The position numbers and the translations under genes are program-made. A DNA stretch of 63,682 nucleotides, counting the filler, from Lenisia limosa (Eukaryota > Protista > Breviatea): NCBI GenBank assembly GCA_001655205.1. It is 12 parts of 12 records of this genome, joined end to end, with 100 filler letters (N's around TTAATTAATTAA, not from the genome) between each part and the next. Parts side by side here need not be neighbours in the genome. Positions count along the whole stretch, not along the records: positions 27,229 to 32,324 come from LPNZ01003757.1; positions 32,425 to 36,128 come from LPNZ01006812.1; positions 36,229 to 40,513 come from LPNZ01010523.1; positions 40,614 to 45,915 come from LPNZ01001863.1; 8 more parts are not named here. One strand, given 5' to 3'. Position 1 is the stretch's first letter; every line of letters begins with the position of its first letter. The notes beneath the pieces were generated by a model that made no database searches, had not been told where the DNA came from, and worked only from the letters and a program-made list of their open reading frames with translations. This document shows, in pieces, positions 30,201 through 43,368 of the stretch.

Positions 30201-33200
30201 TGTTGAAGCCAACAACCGAAGAAGTCACTCTTTTTCGAACGGAGGTTCAAGAAGTGAAGAACTTGGACGATATAACCTTTGAACAGGCGCTTGTTCAACA
30301 AGCAATCTCCAGAGTTGATGGAGAAGAAGAACACTAGAATTTATCAAAGGGGCCGTGTCTGTATGTGTGGCTCTGTCCCGAAGACATCCAGGTATAATTG
30401 GAGATTTACCACTGATATCACAAGCTGTTTCCTCAGGTCTCGAAGAAAGTATCATCTGAAATATTGGAAATATCTACCCAGGTTATTGCTTGTGGTGCTA
30501 TAACAGATGACGTCAAAGACCCACTTTCCTACGTCCAAATCAAGCCGGGACAAAGGGCAGTGGTACTGGAGAAGGGCCAGGTGAGCGATTGCTTTTATGA
30601 GCTGTTATTACGTCCGTGTATCTTATTTCTTAGGTCGTTGCTAATATTGACGAATTGAAGGCAAAGCCTGTGAGAAATTCAAAAATATCGACTAAAACAG
30701 GCGCCTTTATATAAATCAAGCCACCTGTATGGATGTTGGAGGTCTGAAAAAGTTGTCTGAAAACCTGAAAGCTCAAAAAAAACCGCGCAAAAAGTAGTAT
30801 TGGTATAGTTTCTGTGTTCATGTGTTGTAAAATAGTGACATTGATTGATGTATTTTCTGCATTGGATGTTGTAATTTAGTATTGGTGCTTCTTGGGGTTA
30901 TTTACCAGCAATGAAGAACAGTAAATACAAAAAAGGAGGAATAACCCCCAAAAACATGAAAAACGAATTAATGACGGGAAAATGATTTAATGACGGGGTT
31001 TATGGCCGGTAGCACATACATACATACATATGATATCAATAACATGATATGTATGTATGTAATATATCAATATCAAAATATAAATAGCTATATAATAAAA
31101 AGGCAAATATTAATTATTTTTTACACGGAGCTCACTAAATTTCAAAATTCAACGAAGGAAAAACTTTTTTTAAAAAAATAATCATAAAAAAAAAAAATTT
31201 CAGAGGATATACTTTGTCGCTGTTTAAACAAACAAGATGATTTCAAATAGTGCATCTTTAAAATGCTTTGTTTGGATATTGTTTACAGTTATGTTCAGGA
31301 TTTTTATCCACAATTGCATTAATAAAGGAAAAAGATGCGTTCCTTAAAAAGACACGAATATCACAAACTCCTCACCTGTTTTGTTTTGGTACCATCGTCT
31401 TTCGCTCTTACATCAACCTAGGTATGAATAAACTCTCTGAACGGAGAAATATTAAAACACACATGTACACATGATATGTCACACAATTCTCACTGTAAGC
31501 CTCGTAAGTGGAATGTAAGTGATTGTGTGATTATTTGTAATTGCTGCTCTGAAAACAGTGTTAAAACTCCAATGAGGTTCTTGATATGTACCCTCTCTAA
31601 CTCACCTCACCTGCACATTTGTTCCAGCTTTTAGCAAGGATATATCATTTACTAATGTAAGCCATGTAATACTTAAATTCCCGTCTCGGTTTATGACTTT
31701 TTTTTTTCGGTTTTAGAGTACAAAAGAGAACTTCTGGAATACTATTAATGATTATTAAATTTACTTCTACTAGATGGATATCAAATGAATAGATATATAG
31801 TATATATGCATATATTATATTCCTGTCTGATATTCTTTCGACTACAGTTGGCCCTCTAAACACTTCTAATCCAGCTTTTACATTCAAAAGGAGATTAGAT
31901 ACCTGTCTGTGCCTTGGTTTGTTTTATAGCTCATAAAGTGTTACCTCTTCCTCTTATTTCTTTTAAATTTTTTCTTTATCCCAAGTCCGACTCAACACTT
32001 TAATAGTTATCGACTTGATTGAAAGAACAAAAATAAACAAGAGGGAGATGACAGCTGCTAACCGTTGGTATTTGTCCAACAGTTTCCCCAAACTCGTGGT
32101 TGTCTTTAAAGCTGAAAGCTAGATTTTTTTGAGATCTCGAACCCCCCAGAGTTTTTTTAAATCTGAAATGAAGGAGGGCACTCTTGCACCTTCTCTCTCA
32201 ATATGTACTTCATGAATAATAGTATAAGGTACGTCACCTGACCGTGAACACTAACCTGAACATAACCTGACCGTGAACATCAGACTTTTTTTTTTCGCTT
32301 ATTTCATCATAATTGCGATATATTNNNNNNNNNNNNNNNNNNNNNNNNNNNNNNNNNNNNNNNNNNNNTTAATTAATTAANNNNNNNNNNNNNNNNNNNN
32401 NNNNNNNNNNNNNNNNNNNNNNNNTGGCCGAAAACCTGTTTAATCTACGCAAATCAAATACTTGAATGAGGAAGAAATTTGGATCTCCATCTCATTGTAT
32501 TATAAAATGATATGATTTATACACTGAAGAGAGATATAAGTATTTGTATGAAAATTTATCGTTCTATTATATAATATTGGATTCATGTACATACGACACC
32601 ATGCACAACAAGCAGTGTAGCGAGATGCTTTCTCAAGACAGACGACATGTAGTTCATTATCTAAGGATAATTTCACTTATATATGATTATACACAGTAAC
32701 ATATCCATACCATATGTAATCGATATATAATAGTATGTGTCAGTACAATCATATTTTATCTATGCACATATAATACGTACAGATACATATACACACAGGT
32801 ACAAATCATATATCATTTACTATTATTTCTCACACCACAAAGCCCACGTGTTTGGCGAGAGGCTTTCTAAAGACAAGGCCAGTCACAGCTCCAGCCCAAA
32901 GCAGCCCGGACGCCCATCTTAGAACATGCCACCCCTTGAAGCTATAGTCACTACGAGAGTTATCCTTTGAGCACCATAATATAAGAGAAGGGAAATACAA
33001 CAAGGCTGTATCTGGCCGTCAACAACATCACGTTTAGTGAAGTAATTATGATAGTGAAAACCGTCAAATATAGTCACAAATCGACTCCACATCCTTGAAG
33101 TCATGGGGCTGATATTATACATATTATGTATGTATATGTATGGGTGGTGGGTGAAGAGGGTGTCAAATGTTTTGTCTCTATTGAAACTCTGATCATAAAG

Positions 33201-34912
33201 ATCCCGGCGTTTAAACTGTTGGTATTTCTTAGAACTTCACAAACTCTCAAAACATCAAAACAAATGATATTCATCAGCAGTATAGCGCATTTGCCCCGGT
33301 ACCATAGTTGAAAATGCCAAAAAAAAAAAANNNNNNNNNNNNNNNNNNNNNNNNNNNNNNNNNNNNNNNNNNNNNNNNNNNNNNNNNNNNNNNNNNNNNN
33401 NNNNNGACAATTGGGCTGTTACAGCCTCGACATAGTCCTCAAAGTGCTGGAGACGGAGGGCTTGTGGGTAGGGCTGAGGCCCACGGTCGTGACGGCTAAA
33501 GTGTTTAGAGCTTCACGTTTAGATCTAAACAGGAATGATTTCTCGATAAATGAACGAAAAATGTTGACATTGTACACTGCTTGTGGAACCGAAATGGCAG
33601 AAGAAAGAAATTTGTATCAACTATAGTTGATACTCTGATACTCTCGATGAACTATCGTTTTTCTTCTTTTATCAATTCGACTCAAAAGTCGTTCATACTT
33701 TGAGCGTCCAATAGCAACAATATATAAGACAGTTCAGTCGCGATACCCTTTTCATCATAAAAACGAATTGATTTTCCCAAAATAATCTCAAAAACTGCAA
33801 AAATACCGCATGATTGATCCCAAGTACCCACCCAAAAAAAGCAGTTTCCCTCGATGAATGCAAAAGGGGCGGGCTCTGTGAGAATAGTCGCTTGATTGGA
33901 GGGGTGCGGGCGAGAGGAAACTGATCTGAACTATCAAGAACTGACAACCATTACTATATCGATTAAAACTGATTATACGAAATTTAGAGGTGAGGCATGT
34001 ACGCAGGGATGGACAATATGTCGTATCCGGCCCTCATCATTATTTCACACTAGAACACCCCTATTAAATTTCATACACCTATCATCACAATCTTACAGAA
34101 ATAGCATCACAGACCTCTCCCTCCCCCCTATTCACCTTTCCATCCCCTTATTTACCTTTCATGACCACCTGTGTGGCCAAACTGGCAAACGGCAAGGTGA
34201 AGATCGGACATCTCCGACATAACTACTTTCATAAGAGTTCAAGTATCTATCATATCAAGAGATGAGATGAGATGAGGAAGAAAAATAGGTTTTATCTGAC
34301 TGAAGCCGACCACACCATCACGCTTATAAATGGATTTGGATTATAGTATTAATTATATGTATTCACCCAATTGAACATATCATAGGCCTTTTGTCATTGC
34401 TTATTTGAATATTATATTATACTGACCGCGATAAGTTATATACTAATATTGTGCCTTTTCTTAACCGTTTCAGGACTAATCGTGGTCAGTGTATCAAATA
34501 CACCTGTGATAGCATCCCAAACACACCTGCGACAGAGCCACTCCTGTCCTAACGCCTTGGAGCATTGTTGCGATCACTAAACTAAGGCGTCATTGTGTGT
34601 GTCAAGGAGGGTGGGTGTATGTGTGTGTGTGGGGCTTGGGGGTAAATACTCTTGTTTATGAAAGTAACACTAAGACAATTATTGGTTTGAAAGTTTAAAT
34701 TAGTAGATTTTAACTGGACTATAATATGATATGATATGATCATGTTGCATATTTGGCCTAATTTATATGGTAATGAGGTCATGACGTCATGTTCATCTTA
34801 TACTTTACTATTTTTTCGTTTTCCAGTTATTAGTTGTAAAAAAACCTAGCACAAACCTGTTGCAAAATGTGATTATAAGTTGGAATTGAGAGAAAGAGGG
34901 CGGGGTGTACTC

Positions 34913-35891
34913 ATGACTTCCCAACCAGGACTTCTAGAAGGGCAATCATGTTGGATTCCATTGAAAGAAGGGGGATATGTACTAGCTACTATCCAGAATC
35001 GATCTGGATCACAGTACAAGGTTCTTTCGTCTCCCACTGTAGGAGTTTAGAGATGATTCCGTTGTGGATTTAACTGTTTGACGTATATCAGGTAACGCAC
35101 ATTGGGCGAGATATCGAAAAATCCCAGGTAGGTCAATCTCTTCTATTAAATGAACGATATATATATCTCACTAACCTTCAATTCAGTTGAATTGTGAGTC
35201 CACTGTTGTTGAGCAGGATCTGAGTTTGTCCAACCCCTCCTCGCAAGATGGTGTAACTGACAACACGGCTCTCTCACACCTCTCTGAGGCTGGCTTATTG
35301 CATAACCTTGTTATTAGGTTTCAAAGAAAGCAGATATACGTAAGTTTCCGTGGATTTTTTTCATTTCTCCAGCTTTACACTGCCTTTGTGCTGATCGCGA
35401 CTAACCCATTTGAGCGCCTTCCTATTTACGGTCCCGATGTAATTAAACAGTTAGTGGGGGAGGTGGGGAGGTTTGAAATGGGTGTATCCATTGGTATGGT
35501 TAAAAGTCTCCAAGCCAAATCTTTTAAGCCCAGCAATCTCTTCAATATTACCGCTTTAAAAATGAAACAAAAAATAGTATTACATCGTAGTGTGATCTTA
35601 TTTTACATCAACTCATATTTTCTTATTACAGTCGTGGATAAATACAGTAAGTTCGTACTATGAAGTGAAAGGCAACTAAAAATGGGATTCCTGCGTTTTT
35701 GTAATGTGTAATTAAAACACCCCCCTCTAAGAATTACTACACCCACATCCTCCGATACCCATGAAATATGAAAATATCGCCAAAAGGAACAGTATCATAA
35801 CATCCCCGCAGATACTGTAACAAGCCATTGGGCTCAGAACCACCCCACACCTTTGCCATTGCTGATCGGGCGTTTTCGTCTCTGAGAGATG
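34913..35891 (+). CDS. Myosin heavy chain, N-terminal SH3-like region and start of motor domain (partial)
   Basis: Exons 34913-35020, 35187-35339, 35373-35449 and 35812-35891 give MTSQPGLLEGQSCWIPLKEGGYVLATIQ...DGVTDNTALSHLSEAGLLHNLVIRFQRKQIY|LYTAFVLIATNPFERLPIYGPDVIKQ|YCNKPLGSEPPHTFAIADRAFSSLRDG. Truncated by the linker near 36,130. Confidence 0.92.
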
Positions 35892-35905
35892 GTGAGTATT
35901 TTCTA

Positions 35906-36071
35906 GGGCTTCACTTTTGGTTCCGAAATCCTGGTAAACTATCGATATATCTCGATTCAGGGTTTTTGGAACAAGAAGTAAAGATATTTAAACTATCAAT
36001 ATTTCTCGAGGATTCAGGGTTTTAGTAAAGATATTTAAATTTAGTCTTTTTTGTAACCGAAAATGAAGGTC
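35906..36071. mobile_element. MITE, family A derivative with internally duplicated core
   Basis: ta|gggcttcacttttggttccg ... ttgtaaccgaaaatgaaggtc|ta; the core segment aaactatc(g/a)atat..ctcga..gattcagggttt occurs twice. Confidence 0.65.
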
Positions 36072-36307
36072 TAGTATTTTTATGATTTAGAAATTGTGGG
36101 TATGTGGACCCCTTTGAAACAGAGGGTCNNNNNNNNNNNNNNNNNNNNNNNNNNNNNNNNNNNNNNNNNNNNTTAATTAATTAANNNNNNNNNNNNNNNN
36201 NNNNNNNNNNNNNNNNNNNNNNNNNNNNTTTATAATTGTGGACGGCTTCGGCCAGATACAAACTTATTTTTTTTATTTCTCATTGCTATATGTATAGGTG
36301 ATACTTT

Positions 36308-36400
36308 GTGATTCCCTATGGTCAAAAAGACTGAATTTCTCGATAAATCCTTGATGAATATCGATATTTGGCAGGTCTTTTTCGGACTGTAGGGAAGTCC
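36308..36400. mobile_element. MITE, family B
   Basis: attccctatggtcaaaaagactgaatttctcgataaatcc ... gtctttttcggactgtagggaagtcc|ta. Confidence 0.78.
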
Positions 36401-37464
36401 TAATGATGCTCAAGCCCATTGGGATGTAGCATTTTTGTTTTGAACAAGAGAAATAATATACATTAGAAATCTTGGGGAACAAATAAATACATAGGGATAA
36501 CATAAACAAATTACCATAGCAATAGTGGAGTACGGTCTTATCTGAATGTCTGGTGTCTGGTTTTACAATGAACAGAATTCACCCAATCATTTGCCTGTTT
36601 ACACAGCTTTTTTATGATCGTCAATGGTACGCTCAGCCTGTCTTCACCCCCTGTAGATGTAGAGGAAATATCGAGAGCCGTTGACTTTGTTGACGAGGGT
36701 TTAAAACGGTATGTCAGAACGTGGTTTTTAAGAGGACTGGTATGATAAACAATAAAAATAACATTCTTAATGTTGAAACAAATCCGTGAATTGAATGTCA
36801 CGCTATTTATATCATATGATTATATTATTTGATATGACATGATAAGTCAAAGAGTAATATTTACTCTTAGGAAAGCCAAGAGTGTTCTGATTCAATGTAT
36901 GGAACGTTGTTTTATGACTTGCTCTGATTATCCAGGGTCAGAGCCTCTTACTACAGTCGATCAAATGATCTTGATACAGTTGGGGGGGGGGGGCTCTTTT
37001 TTTNNNNNNNNNNNNNNNNNNNNNNNNNNNNNNNNNNNNNNNNNNNNNNNNNNNNNNNNNNNNNNNNNNNNNNNNNNNNNNNNNNNNNNNNNNNNNNNNN
37101 NNNNNNNNNNNNNNNNNNNNNNNNNNNNNNNNNNNNNNNNNNNNNNNNNNNNNNNNNNNNNNNNNNNNNNNNNNNNNNNNNNNNNNNNNNNNNNNNNNNN
37201 NNNNNNNNNNNNNNNNNNNNNNNNNNNNNNNNNNNNNNNNACTTTCTTCATTGAAGTATAGAAATCTGTTATAATTTATCGAGAAACTGAAACAATTTTT
37301 CCTTCCTTGCACCACTAGCCAACAGAGTTGATTTTGGGCTTTTTTTTTCTCATAAATTCTCCAATTTTACCCCCCCCCCCCCNNNNNNNNNNNNNNNNNN
37401 NNNNNNNNNNNNNNNNNNNNNNNNNNNNNNNNNNNNNNNNNNNNNNNNNNNNNNNNNNNNNNNA

Positions 37465-40400
37465 CTGGTTGACCGCATTGAGGCTGGAAAAGTGGGGGGG
37501 TATTGAAGGGACAAAAGGCGGTACAGGAAGGGCGTCACTTCGGTTCGAAAAAAGATTGAATTTACCGATAGATCGTCGAAAACTATCGATATCTTACCGG
37601 TCTTTTTTGAACCGAAGCCCTAGGTACAGTCAAATGGGGGTATTTATTGTTCCGCAGAGATTCAGTCTTTTTTTAAAAAACTGATTTTTCTGTCTGTTTT
37701 AGCCATATTTTTGTGACCTTTTTAGAGCACTGTTCCACGAGTGTCTGGTGTCAAGGGTGAGAGAGGCCTTGTTTCGAATATGACTTTTGGGGATTCCCTT
37801 ATGGTCCAAAAAAAGACTGAATTTCTCGATAAATTCTCGATAAATATCGATATTTGACCGATCTTTTTCGGACTGTAGGGAAGCCTTAATGACAATATAT
37901 AACAATGACTGTCAAAATATAGAGTGGGCAGACACAGCTCACCACAAATTATTTACCGGTGAAAATAGCCCAAATGGAACGAAGTGACCACTTGGGACAT
38001 TATTTTTCGGTGTAATTTATGGTGTTGTGTATGCGCCAACTCTATATTATTAACTGTGTCGTTAGTCTGGACTAGGATAGTGAAACTCTTAAAGGTTTGT
38101 AAGCGTCACAGCAATTCTATGCTTACCTCCTATCTAGGGCTTCACTTGTTCGAAGAATACCGCTAGAATCGATAATTTTTGAAGAAATATCGAGAAATTT
38201 AGTCTTTTTTCGAACCAAAGTGAAGCCTTTCCCCTCTCGTTCCATCCTTGTTTTATTTGTTTCATCAGGTGTCATTTTTAAGACTATTCATGGAAATACC
38301 TTTTTTTCATCCTGTAGGAAGTAGACAAGACTCCAATCTCCCACCTGAGGTGATTGCCTTCCAGGTCTGCGTTTGTTTTGTTTATACGTAGAGATAAGGA
38401 ATTTATCTTCCCGAAGCCGTACATAACATCACACTTATAATTGGATTAAGTACCTATGTATAATATTTATTCAACTCTGTTCAGGTAAAGTTACCCATAT
38501 GTTCGGAAAAATAGAATTAGTCGCATGACTAACACAATTAAAAATGCAATTCGATATATATGATCTTAAAATTTGAAATAAAAATGGGGGGAAAGAGTGA
38601 TTAAACAAGAGTGGTGGATGATATTAGGGCTTCCCAACGGTCCGGAAAAGACCAGGAAAATATCGATATGGATTTATCAAGAAAATCCGTCTTTTTTTGG
38701 TACTGTAGGGAAGCCCTAATGATAGTATTCCTGGTGTATCACCCTTCAGGCTTTTGCCTCAGCAAAGGGTCGAACAGGCGGGTGGGATGATCAAGACCAT
38801 GTCATCTTCATGAGACTCAAGGCCAAGTTTAAGGTCTGGGGGTAGGGACGTTGGGTTTCTTTTTTGGATTTTTATTTTATTTGTTTTGTTTTTGTCTCTC
38901 AAAAATGATCTTTTAGGCTCATCCGCAGCTTCTAGTTGAGCGCTGTATTTTGGAACTGACACATAAGGTAAGTAGGGAAATAGGTCCGAAAATGACAAGG
39001 ACAATATTGATAGCTTTCAGAAAAAGTTGGCATTTTGAAAGGATTGTGCAGGTATAGCAATATGTTTGGACGGCTTCGGCCAGAATCAACCATATGCAAA
39101 AAAAAAAATAGTATATGATCAGACTGTTTTTTTTAATCTGAATACTAGAAATCGCTCTCCACCCCTTTCACGTCATCTTTCATCTTTCAGACTAAGCAAG
39201 ATATTGAAGCACACAACTCGTGGTTTGACATGTACACCCAACTGGAGAATGCCAACAAGAAAGCCATTACAGCCTGGAAGCAGAACAAAAAAAAGGAGGC
39301 CGAAGTGGGTGGTTTGTTGATGATAATTTCTCTTATCAGATTTTCATATTTATTTCTCAACTCAATTTCCCAAACAGCAAAGCCTAACCCTTTTTTGTTC
39401 CCTATTCTTCATCTCACAATCAAGCCTGTCGTAGCTCCGGATTATGCTGAGAAGGCTATGAGGGAGGAACGCGAAAAGAGGAAGAAGGAGGAGAGGGAAC
39501 AGGCCGAGCGGGAGGCAAAGAAGGCTGAATTGTTGTCTTGGAAGGTTGGCGTGGAGTATTACGGGTAGGGCTTCCCTACGGTCCGAAAAAGAGCGTCAAA
39601 ATATCGATAGTTATCAAGGATTTATCGCCCTAATTACCAGTGTTCCGGGCTTTTGGAAAAGCCCCGTTAAATATCAAAGATTTCGATAATTTCTGAGAAC
39701 CTCATTCTTTTTGGACGAAATAGTCGTATTGAATTGATATACAAGACAGAGATCAAAACGGCATTCATAACAGATATTGTCAGTACAGTATAGCTATGTA
39801 CACGAAAATAAAGCTGGGAGTATCAGGCCAAAGCTGTCCACATCTTCTTTTAATAGATATTGCATATTATTATTTCACTTAATCATTTACCTTTCAATTT
39901 ACATCCAGTATTATTTTTATTACCATAATCTTATTTGTACCTTTGAAACATCTCAATCACCCCCAATTTAGGAGCAAAAGGCTTTGGAAAAGAAGAAGAT
40001 CCGCGAGGAAAACGAGAGGCTCGCCCTTGAAAAAGAACGGGTCAAGGCTATGAAGGCGAAGTGAGCGTGTTGAGGGAGACGATGCGGATTGAATAAAGGA
40101 TGGGTACACACATAGTATATAGTTTCACTGCCGAAACGTCTTGCTGACATCCGTTCATTCACATTCTTGACTACTCCCGAGAAATCCCAATCAATCTATG
40201 CATCTGTTCATTCCCTACCAAAACGTCTTGCTGACATCCCAGGCAACGCCAGGAGGAAACCAAGGACAAGGTTGACGAGTACCGTGCAGAGAAGATGGCG
40301 CGAGAGGCAGAGGCCTTGGCTGTGGAGAGGGAGCGGAGGTGGGGGATACGTCTATACAGAGTTCTATCATATCAAATAGGTATGCATGTGCCCTTTTATA

Positions 40401-40512
40401 TTGTACAGAGGTTTTAGATGAATAGTTGCAACTTTCCTAATTCTTGGTCACCATTTAGGCAAGTTACTTCGAAGCCAACAAATGAGGATCTCTCACAGTG
40501 GAGACAGCGGGT
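37465..40512 (+). CDS. CCDC112: CCDC112-like coiled-coil protein (partial, long introns)
   Basis: AFASAKGRTGGWDDQDHVIFMRLKAKFK|AHPQLLVERCILELTHK|TKQDIEAHNSWFDMYTQLENANKKAITAWKQNKKKEAE matches the remembered CCDC112 pattern (G.WD..DH..F.K...; ..D...H..W....L....K..I..WK), followed by E/K/R-rich coiled-coil exons. Confidence 0.72.
37530..37620. mobile_element. MITE, family A
   Basis: gggcgtcacttcggttcgaaaaaagattgaatt ... gtcttttttgaaccgaagccc|tag. Confidence 0.78.
37789..37885. mobile_element. MITE, family B
   Basis: ggggattcccttatggtccaaaaaaagactgaatttctcg ... tctttttcggactgtagggaagcc. Confidence 0.78.
38137..38227. mobile_element. MITE, family A
   Basis: ta|gggcttcacttgttcgaag ... gtcttttttcgaaccaaagtgaagcc. 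Confidence 0.72.
38627..38716. mobile_element. MITE, family B, best-preserved copy with TA on both sides
   Basis: TA|gggcttcccaacggtccggaaaagac ... gtctttttttggtactgtagggaagccc|TA, i.e. TIRs plus a TA target-site duplication. Confidence 0.85.
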
Positions 40513-40687
40513 GNNNNNNNNNNNNNNNNNNNNNNNNNNNNNNNNNNNNNNNNNNNNTTAATTAATTAANNNNNNNNNNNNNNNNNNNNNNNNNNNNNNN
40601 NNNNNNNNNNNNNAAAGAGGGGGGGGGGGAAGTTGGAAACGATATGTTTTTGCAGTGTTTATAGTGAGCAATAAAGACAGATGGCCT

Positions 40688-43218
40688 CGTGATCATACCT
40701 CGTATTTAGTGAGCGTTGTGCTTTCTGTGTATTCGTGTTGGCCGGATCCGGCAGTTTCGACCTGGGGGTCGGAAAATGAAAGGCAGAAGGTTAATAATAA
40801 AAAAGACTACATTATGTTCATTGTATCCCCATATTGACATGAAAAAATGATTATATTGTGCAATACAAAATAGGAGACGCGAGTGATTTACTGGTACAAC
40901 TGAGTTAGTTTATAATACGAAAGTTGAGAAACAACACAAATGGCCAGGATGCCAGCGTACCTTCAAGAGGGCAATTTCCATGTGTTTCATTCTGAGACCA
41001 ACGATCAAAAAGTACACCTTTCCTACAGGGTCAGGCTTGAACACCACTGGAGCGGGGCGGGCCAAAATGAAGCATTTAGCTTCTCCACAGCCCGAAAAAC
41101 ACCGACATAATCAGAGTTTTATAGAGAAAATATATATTCCACATCGGAACACCTCCCCACTCCCTACCGATGATGACATCCTGAAGATGGTATTTCGACT
41201 TGGTGTACTCAAACTCGATATGCAAACTGTCCTCGATGCCGACCTCCATTTGAACTATAACGTCAGAAAATGTGATCAGCGAATGTTCATGGAGAAGAGA
41301 ATTCCCGGTGTATTTGGAGTTGGTTTCAAGCGACTTGACCAATTTGCTATGTGATTTCTCAAGGAAATCGGTATGACTTATCCAGTCACTGTATGTCTAA
41401 TGCTTCAATTCGGTCCAAAAAAAGACCACATCTCAGCATCTATCATGACCGGGTATTTTTCGGACATGAGGGAAGAGCCCTAACCTCATACACTGACCGG
41501 GATAAGTCTTGACCAATTTTCTTTGGGAAATCGTAAAGCAAATCGTCAGGAATTTTCCCACTCACTGTACATATACTGCTCCAAAGGACCATTAAGATTA
41601 CGACACCGTGCAATAATTTATTTGAGAAAATTAATTGAAAAAATTTGAAATTAAAGTGTCTGAAATTGAGTTTACAATACAATATGTCACACTTCAAATT
41701 TTGCAATTAATTTTTCAATTAGTTGTATGGAAGATAACACAGCCCAAGACCTAACCAAACATTCAGCCACATACCGGCGTTGTTAATTTCGGGCTCAAGC
41801 TGGTGGTTCTCAACCCACAGGTCTTGTACCTGTTGGTATTAGGCAATATAGCGGAAACAATTCACAGGATATCGCCAGGTTATTTGGTCCGTTATTATTA
41901 ACTGTAACCCGATAGCCATCATCGAAATAGAATTACCACATGATATCCTGTACCACCCCCCCCCCACCTTTGAAATGTTGGCAGAGAGGCCGGACCGGGC
42001 CACTGTGACGCGCAAGAAGTAGCGCAGACGCACGTTGGCGCCTGGGGGGGGGGGGNNNNNNNNNNNNNNNNNNNNNNNNNNNNNNNNNNNNNNNNNNNNN
42101 NNNNNNNNNNNNNNNNNNNNNNNNNNNCTGCAGCACTGCATCCCATAGCCCCAGCGCAATGTATGAAATCCAAACATATAGTACTCGGTTGCGTAGAAAT
42201 ATCTGACCGAATCCGTCCATACCATCAATCTTTTAAGATAGCGTGACCATATCGATATATCTTACGGATAAATAAGGAAATATGCTCCTTTCAGGATCGC
42301 AGGGAAGTCTTACGCGTACCGTTATAGCTGTCGTTCTGTTTCTCCGGGTTGATGAAGGAAAAGTCGAAGTTTTGAGACTCTGAACAATGAGAAAAGAAGA
42401 CCAATAATAATCAGAATGAAGAAAGAGCTACAATAAAGATAAAGAACTGAGAAACAGCTGAGAGTTAATGGGGGGTGGCAGTGATAAGGAAAAAAGAAGA
42501 GCTGACTGTGATATTAACAAATGGATGCTTAAGTTGGCAACACAGGTGATATTTACCAAACCCCGTTTTAGTCTATTTTAAACCAAATAATCATGAAATA
42601 GCCTCCAAAGCTCCTTGAACACCCTGAGATAAAGTAGAGGTCCAAGAAGTGAAATTTAAACAAAAACAAACTGACCTGAAAGTACGCCAGCAGGGGAGAG
42701 CTGAGTCACAAGAGAGGTGAATTCTGTACTAGCATTGCGATCATATAGCATTTCTAAAGGAGAATGGTGAGTGGGGAAACTCTAAGGTGGGAAGAAAGGG
42801 AAACTGAGGACCACATACCGATTAATCCAATAAATTCAATCTTAATACCCTGATGCTTCATAGATTTGCCTGGTTTGAGCCCTAAGCGAACCTAAATAGT
42901 CAAGAAAGCAGGAAGAACAGAGAGAACTGAAAATCCATAAACCCTCAAACTTGTCCACGAACAGTCTCATTTCCGACATAATATGGAAGACTAAAAGGAT
43001 TAATAAGAAATTAAAGACTTCAGAGAGAAAATCGAAGAACCCTGACTCACTCAGCAGTCTGTTTGTTGTATGTGATCTCTTTAAGAGTTCTTTTTGGGTC
43101 TCCATAGAGACAATCGATCTCAATTTGACATGCAGGCCCGAAGAACGACTAAAGTAAAAAAGTGAAAACAGGGAATCCATTTGAAGTTATTTATTTCATC
43201 TTAACTAGTACTTACCAT
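40688..43218 (-). CDS. VPS26: Vacuolar protein sorting 26 (retromer subunit), 3' end lost at contig edge
   Basis: M|[13 protein letters not shown]...|[13 protein letters not shown]|...[13 protein letters not shown]|EMLYDR...[16 protein letters not shown]|...[17 protein letters not shown]|[13 protein letters not shown]...|[30 protein letters not shown]|[20 protein letters not shown]|VETAGSG...TKYE. Confidence 0.95.
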
Positions 43219-43368
43219 TGTCAATGCGTAAATAAAATGCCATTTTGGTGAGATTTTTTTATTTATATACGATTGATCTAATGATCTTTGTTAAAACGTG
43301 CTCTAAAAAATTCCCAGAACGATCCAAAAACTGAGAAATCGTGCATATATATTCTTAGTTAATTTAAA

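Noticed and set aside
32919-33122. Possible Ty1/copia RNase H end plus polypurine tract (FHY...RDVVDGQI; tcaaggggtggca|tgtt)
   Set aside because: Similarity is limited to a few residues, the ADxxTK motif is absent and no LTR pair is seen. BLASTx against copia Pol would be needed.
39566-39575. MITE terminus (GTAGGG) appearing to create a splice donor in CCDC112
   Set aside because: An upstream donor (TGGAAG|gttggc, about 39545) keeps the frame with the next exon, so the MITE is simply intronic.
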